This document shows positions 24,353 to 32,000 of a stretch of 32,000 nt of DNA, piece by piece. The translations under genes and the position numbers were made by a program. Source of the stretch: Cereibacter sphaeroides 2.4.1. Lineage in GTDB: Bacteria > Pseudomonadota > Alphaproteobacteria > Rhodobacterales > Rhodobacteraceae. The notes below the pieces were generated by a model, which searched no databases, was not told the DNA's origin, and saw nothing but the letters and a program-made list of their open reading frames with translations. The stretch covers positions 2,100,001-2,132,000 of the forward strand of contig NC_007493.2 in NCBI RefSeq assembly GCF_000012905.2, given 5' to 3'. Positions within the stretch are counted from its first letter, which is position 1. The number at the start of each line of letters is the position of its first letter.

Positions 24353-24573
24353 CGCGTCTCCCTCCCTCACGCCTCAGGTCGGGGACGCGGCCCGCCGATC
24401 TACAGATCCGGGGTGCCCCTCTCGTTATCCACAAGACCATAGCCAGAGGCCGATGGGTTGCACAGCGGAAATCGAGGGACCCCAGATGAGGGGTCGTTTC
24501 TGTGGCGCGCGAGACTCAGGCGGACCCGGGGCGGTGTCGCAACCGGGGCCGCAGCTTCGAGGCGATGGCCCGA

Positions 24574-24954
24574 TCAGTCGTGGATCGGCGGGTCCTTGCG
24601 GCACAGCGCGCGCGCATGGATGGCGCTCAGCGAGGCATCCTTGGAGCCGAGGATGAAGAGGCCGGTCTTGCTGGCCGCGCCTTGCGGCGAGAGGCCGAAG
24701 CGCACGCCCTGGCCCTGCCGCCGCGGCGGTTCGCTCAGGCGCCAGATCCGCGTGGTCGGCACGAGCCCCTGCGCCATCACATAGTCGCCCGCCGCGCACC
24801 AGCTTTCGCCCGGACCCTGCCCCGGGCTGCCCACGACGAGGAAGGTGCCGTCGGCCTCAGGCCGCACGACCTCGCCGTTTCGGGCAATATAGGCCGCGGC
24901 CGGACCGGCGAAGGTCGCGGCGGCGAGGGCGGCAAATGCGAGAGCGCGGATCAT
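24574..24954 (-). CDS. Small secreted/periplasmic hypothetical protein
   Basis: 126 aa lying inside the shadow-extended track ORF 24574..25509. It has a signal peptide MIRALAFAALAAATFAGPAAA-YIA and two Cys (C53, C118). AAGGA precedes the ATG, which is only 11 nt downstream of the rpoD stop. I recognise no family. Confidence 0.55.
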   Translation of the reverse strand: MIRALAFAALAAATFAGPAAAYIARNGEVVRPEADGTFLVVGSPGQGPGESWCAAGDYVMAQGLVPTTRIWRLSEPPRRQGQGVRFGLSPQGAASKTGLFILGSKDASLSAIHARALCRKDPPIHD

Positions 24955-24965
24955 GGCGCCGGTCC

Positions 24966-26972
<2,007 letters not shown>

Positions 26973-27032
26973 GGATGCTCCTCAGAAGCGCGGAGGGTGG
27001 TCTTGCCGAAGCGAAGGTCGAATCGTCGGGAC

Positions 27033-27060
27033 GATATAGCGAATCAATAGCTCGAATCAC
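27033..27060 (-). promoter_or_regulatory. Candidate rpoD promoter (GTGATT-N16-TATATC on the minus strand)
   Basis: It lies in the only AT-rich patch of the 104-bp dnaG-rpoD spacer. The hexamers are at 27055-27060 and 27033-27038 (reverse complement). This is a motif match only. Confidence 0.3.
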
Positions 27061-27076
27061 AGGAGGGGGAAGCGCC

Positions 27077-29008
27077 TCAGCCCCTTTTCTTTACCCAGAT
27101 CTGGCGATCGATCATCTCCTGCAGCGATCTCGACAGGGCGGCCCGGTCTTCGCCAAGGTCGGACGAGTCGTCAAGACGGGCCCGTTCGGCACGATGCCGC
27201 GCCTCCGCCGCCTGCGACAGGCGCCACGTCAGCCCCTCGTCCACGAGACCCGCCAGATCCTCGACCGCCTCCTCGATTTCCTGCCGTGCGCCGCGCCGGG
27301 CCTCGAGCTTCGCGAGCTCCTCGGCCAGGCACATGCGCGCCATCTCGAGATCCCCGGGGTGGCGCACCGACGGGCAGATGCGAACATGGGTCAGCGCCAG
27401 CAGCCTTTCAAGGGCCGGGCCCGCCTCGGCACGGATCGCACCCCGCGCCGTGTCGGCCTCGGCCATGCCGGCGGCGGCAAGGAGCACCCGGTGCAGCGCC
27501 CGATGATCGGGATCGGACAGCTCCAGCGCCTCGAGCGCCGTCTCGAACTCGTGGATCAGCGTCGGATGCAGTGCGCAGGTGGCGAGAATCACGCCGAGCC
27601 GCATCTCCTCCTCGATCCGCTCGCCGGCGGCCGTGGCCAGAAGCGAGGCGCGCGTCGAAGGATGGGGCGCCACCGCCAGGGGCTCGCGTTTGCCGCCGCG
27701 GTGGAAGGCGCGCCGCGGCACAGAGGTGCCGAAGATCTCCATCCGGAGCCGGTTCAGCTCGTCGCCGTAGTGGCGCCGGATGCTCGGATCGGCGATCCGC
27801 TGCACCGCCGCGCGCAGCCGCTTGTCGAGCGCCGCACGCCGCTCGGGGCTGTCGAAGACATGGCCCTCGGTCTCGCGCCGCCACAGAAGCCCGACCATCG
27901 GCTGCGCGGCCTCGAGCACGCGCCCCATGGCGGAAGCCCCCTCGGCGCGGATCAGATCGTCGGGATCGAGCCCCGGCGGCAGCACCGCAAAGCGCAGCCC
28001 CTGCCCCGCCTCGAGAAGCGGCAGCGCCAGATCCACCACCCGCAGCGCCGCCCGGATGCCCGCCGCATCCCCGTCGAGCGCGATCACCGGCTCGGGATGG
28101 ATGCGCCACATCAGCCGCAGCTGGTCCTCGGTGATGGCGGTGCCGAGCGGGGCCACCGTGGCCCGGAACCCCGCCTCCGAGAGCGCGATCACATCCATGT
28201 AGCCTTCGGCCACCACGAGCGGCTGGCCCTTGCCCGCCGCCTCGCGCGCCGGCCCCGCATTGTAGAGGTTGCGCCCCTTGTCGAAGAGCGGCGTCTCGGG
28301 CCCGTTGAGATATTTCGCCCGCGCCGCCGGATCCATCGCCCGGCCGCCGAGGCTGATCGCCCGCCCCCGCGCATCGCGGATCGGAAAGATGATACGGCCG
28401 CGGAACCGGTCATAGGGCGCGCCGCCATCCTCGGGGCGCGCGCAGAGCCCGGCCTCGACCAGCAGATCCGGCGCGATCCCCTTGCCGGTCAGCGCCTGAA
28501 ACAGCGCCTGCCGTCCGTCCGGCGCGAAGCCGATGCCGAAGCGCTCCTGCCCCTCCTCGGACAGCCGGCGCCGTGCGAGATAGTCGCGCGCGGCCGATGC
28601 CGCCCCGGTGCGCAATTGCAGGCGGTAGAACTTCACCGCCTCCTCCATCACCTCGGCAAGCTGGCTCCGCCGGTCGGCCTTCTCGGCCGCCCGCGGATCG
28701 CGGGCCGGCATCGCCATCCCCGCCTCGCGCGCGAGGATCTCGACCGCCTCCATGAAGCCCACATTCTCGGTGTCCTTCACGAAGGCGATGGCATCGCCCT
28801 TCGCATGGCAGCCGAAGCAGTAATAGAAGCCCTTGCGATCGTCGACGTGAAAGCTCGCCGACTTCTCCTGATGGAAGGGACACGGCGCCCAGAAGTCGCC
28901 CTTGCCCTGGTTCGACTTGCGCAGATCCCACGTCACCTTGCGCCCGACCACCTGCGAGAGCGGGACGCGATTGCGCAGTTCGTCGAGGAATCCGGGTGGC
29001 AGGCTCAT
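27077..29008 (-). CDS. dnaG: DNA primase
   Basis: 643 aa. CHC2 zinc finger CPFHQEKSASFHVDDRKGFYYCFGCHAKGD and a Toprim region (VVAEGYMDVIAL...ALDGDAAG) are present. It is adjacent to rpoD as in the conserved dnaG-rpoD unit. Confidence 0.95.
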   Translation of the reverse strand: MSLPPGFLDELRNRVPLSQVVGRKVTWDLRKSNQGKGDFWAPCPFHQEKSASFHVDDRKGFYYCFGCHAKGDAIAFVKDTENVGFMEAVEILAREAGMAMPARDPRAAEKADRRSQLAEVMEEAVKFYRLQLRTGAASAARDYLARRRLSEEGQERFGIGFAPDGRQALFQALTGKGIAPDLLVEAGLCARPEDGGAPYDRFRGRIIFPIRDARGRAISLGGRAMDPAARAKYLNGPETPLFDKGRNLYNAGPAREAAGKGQPLVVAEGYMDVIALSEAGFRATVAPLGTAITEDQLRLMWRIHPEPVIALDGDAAGIRAALRVVDLALPLLEAGQGLRFAVLPPGLDPDDLIRAEGASAMGRVLEAAQPMVGLLWRRETEGHVFDSPERRAALDKRLRAAVQRIADPSIRRHYGDELNRLRMEIFGTSVPRRAFHRGGKREPLAVAPHPSTRASLLATAAGERIEEEMRLGVILATCALHPTLIHEFETALEALELSDPDHRALHRVLLAAAGMAEADTARGAIRAEAGPALERLLALTHVRICPSVRHPGDLEMARMCLAEELAKLEARRGARQEIEEAVEDLAGLVDEGLTWRLSQAAEARHRAERARLDDSSDLGEDRAALSRSLQEMIDRQIWVKKRG

Positions 29009-29074
29009 GGTCCGGTTATCGTGCCCCCCGGCACCTCTGTCCAGCGGCCTCCGCCGCCCACGACCCCCGCCCTC

Positions 29075-29126
29075 TTTTCATTCTGGCCCAAATATCCCGG
29101 GGGTGTGGGGGCAGCGCCCCCACTCC
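29075..29126 (-). repeat. Intergenic hairpin-plus-tail element, copy D
   Basis: The reverse complement reads GGAGTGGGGGCgctGCCCCCACACCCCCGGGATATTTGGGCCAGAATGAAAA. It sits 5 nt after the gdh stop and 67 nt upstream of the dnaG ATG. Confidence 0.8.
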
Positions 29127-29130
29127 TGCC

Positions 29131-30558
<1,428 letters not shown>

Positions 30559-30617
30559 GTCAGGCCTCCTCCTCGAGACGAGGCGCGGATTGCGCCCCCG
30601 GAGGAGAAGCTAGACCG

Positions 30618-30733
30618 CCCGCGCGGGATTTGCACCCGCTGCCGTCACGTCGGCGAAAAGCGGCGGCCCGGCGCGCCAGCCGCCGCCGCTCCGCGCGGAG
30701 GGGACAGACCGCGCCTTCGCCGTTCCGCGCGGA
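30618..30733. promoter_or_regulatory. Cluster of CCGCGCGG-core palindromes in the gdh/tadG divergent spacer
   Basis: CCCGCGCGGG lies at 30618-30627. TCCGCGCGGA occurs twice, at 30690-30699 and 30724-30733, 34 bp apart. A fourth core lies at 30899-30906. Confidence 0.35.
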
Positions 30734-30880
30734 CGGTCCTCCCGTCTCCGGACCGCGGGAACGGCCCTTTCCGTCCGCCGCGTCTCGGGGCGCAAGACGC
30801 CGCGCCAGGGCGCATGACAGGCCATAATTCCGCCCCAACCCTCCCTCAAAATGACGCCCGGACCATGATTTGGAGGTGAC

Positions 30881-30920
30881 GCGCGGGCCCCTTCCCCCCC
30901 GCGCGGCCAAGGATATTCTG
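30881..30920 (+). repeat. Possible degenerate fifth copy of the hairpin-plus-tail element
   Basis: GCGCGGGccccttcccCCCGCGCggccaaGGATATTctg keeps a G/C hairpin followed by GGATATT at the same spacing as copy B, but the rest has diverged. Confidence 0.25.
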
Positions 30921-30921
30921 C

Positions 30922-32000
30922 ATGACCCGACATGACCGATCTTCCGGTCCGTCCGCCCTCCGCCGGTTCGGCCGGAGCGAGGACGGCTCGATCCTGATCT
31001 TCGGGATCTTCATGCTGATCCTGATGCTGATGATCGGCGGCCTCGCCGTCGATGTCATGCGCTTCGAGTTCCAGCGCGCGCGCCTGCAGGGCACGCTCGA
31101 CCGCGCGGTTCTGGCGGCGGCCAGCCTCACGCAGAGCCGCTCGCCCGCCGAGGTGGTGCGCGACTATGTGACCAAGGCGGGCCTCGCGGACTATCTCGAC
31201 GAGCCGGTGGTGAATGCCAACACGCTCAATGTCCGCAGCGTGACCGCGACCGCCGCCTATTCCATGCCCACCGTCTTCATGAAGCTTCTGGACATCGACA
31301 GGCTCGAGGCCCCCGCCGTCAGCACCGCCGAAGAGCGCGTCTCCAACGTCGAGATCTCGCTCGTGCTCGACATGTCGAACTCGATGGTGACCGACGGCAC
31401 CAACCCGCGCGACCGGCTGGACAATCTGAAGGTCGCCGCCAGGGATTTCATCGACATCGTGATGGCGGGGGCCAATTCCGGCCTCGACGGCGCGCCCGTC
31501 ATATCGGTCTCGATCGTGCCCTATACCGGACAGGTCAATGCGGGCGCGGACCTGCTCTCGACCTATCCCAACGTCTCCCATCGCCAGCCCTACTCCAGCT
31601 GCGTGGAGTTCGCGGCGAGCGACTTCACCACGACGGCGCTGGCCAACGGCGCCCCCCTCACCGGCTCGGGCAACAGCGAGCTCTTCTCCAGCTCCTCCTC
31701 GACGCAGGCGCCCACCTACTACTGGTGCCCCGAAGAGACCGCGGCCGGCAACCCGACCGTCACGCCCTTCTCGCACGATCCCGAGGCGCTGAAGCTCGCC
31801 ATCGACAGGCTGAGCGGCGAGGGCTCGACGGCCATCGACACGGGGATGAAATGGGGCGTCACGCTGCTCGATCCCTCGACCCAGCCCTCGGTCGCGGCGC
31901 TGATCGAGGACGGCAAGGTGAACGGGGCCTTCGCGGGCCGCCCCCTCGCCTACCAGAGCGGCAATGTGATGAAGGTCGTCGTGCTGATGACCGACGGCCA
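30922..32000 (+). CDS. TadG-like pilus-assembly protein with TadE/G N-terminal segment and vWA domain (3' end outside window)
   Basis: Own translation from ATG 30922; it is not in the ORF track because it runs off the window. MTRHDRSSGPSALRRFGRSEDGSILIFGIFMLILMLMIGGLAVDVMRFE is a TadE/G-like TM start. The vWA MIDAS motif is DxSxS (ISLVLDMSNSM), with later GSTAIDTG and VVVLMTDG. Confidence 0.75.
   Translation, partial: MTRHDRSSGPSALRRFGRSEDGSILIFGIFMLILMLMIGGLAVDVMRFEFQRARLQGTLDRAVLAAASLTQSRSPAEVVRDYVTKAGLADYLDEPVVNANTLNVRSVTATAAYSMPTVFMKLLDIDRLEAPAVSTAEERVSNVEISLVLDMSNSMVTDGTNPRDRLDNLKVAARDFIDIVMAGANSGLDGAPVISVSIVPYTGQVNAGADLLSTYPNVSHRQPYSSCVEFAASDFTTTALANGAPLTGSGNSELFSSSSSTQAPTYYWCPEETAAGNPTVTPFSHDPEALKLAIDRLSGEGSTAIDTGMKWGVTLLDPSTQPSVAALIEDGKVNGAFAGRPLAYQSGNVMKVVVLMTDG

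Noticed and set aside
22800-24440. 546-aa ORF that would make RibD about 180 aa longer at the N-terminus.
   Set aside because: The extension overlaps the clearly real nrdR gene in another frame and has shadow-ORF composition. The RibD deaminase domain begins right after GTG 23888 / ATG 23870.
24411-24500. Possible FMN (RFN) riboswitch or other structured RNA upstream of nrdR-ribD. The segment CCAGAGGCCGATGGGTT resembles the RFN 3' core, and a long-range pairing (GGGGTGCCCCTCTCG with CGAGGGACCCC) exists.
   Set aside because: The resemblance is on the plus strand, while nrdR and ribD are on the minus strand. The hallmark GGGTGAAATTCCC-type 5' core is absent, and the stem needs bulges. I treat it as unexplained leader or promoter DNA rather than a riboswitch.

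Overview
This is a high-GC alphaproteobacterial chromosomal window. By recognition of the PhaC/PhaR/PhaP sequences and the phaZ/phaC-phaP-phaR layout it looks Rhodobacter (Cereibacter) sphaeroides-like; that is an inference, not a search result. I support 31 protein genes and found no rRNA, tRNA, CRISPR array, IS element, integrase, prophage or recognisable defence genes. Content in order: (1) pyrG 3' end, rlmJ and a TerB-family gene. (2) A tightly packed 8-gene operon: a polar-amino-acid-type ABC importer, a GS-like ligase, a class-I amidotransferase, a second GS-like ligase and a FAD oxidase. A Vibrio-fluvialis-type omega-transaminase follows it after a gap. (3) The PHB locus phaR, phaP, phaC (minus strand) and phaZ (plus strand), with CTGC-N3-GCAG PhaR boxes. 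(4) An alpha/beta hydrolase, thrS, and cspA behind a 510-bp leader region. (5) yffB-like, DUF2177-like, folA and thyA on the minus strand, then gloA. (6) ribD, nrdR, a small secreted protein, rpoD, dnaG and gdh on the minus strand. (7) The 5' part of a TadG-like vWA protein. Most of the window is ordinary core genome and I see no clear-cut new multi-gene system. The signals existing gene calls do not explain are: (a) a conserved ~55-60 nt hairpin-plus-tail intergenic element in 4 copies plus 1 degenerate copy, two of which bracket gloA as an inverted pair; (b) a perfect (GCTTGGG)x8 G-quadruplex-type microsatellite upstream of the transaminase; (c) clustered CCGCGCGG palindromes in the gdh/tadG divergent spacer; (d) the unusual wiring of the gamma-glutamyl/amine cluster, with two GS-like paralogs, an amino-acid-type importer and no aldehyde dehydrogenase. 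Many long ORFs in the supplied track are GC-driven shadow ORFs, and several track starts are over-extended. I re-set starts using Shine-Dalgarno context and family-typical N-termini.
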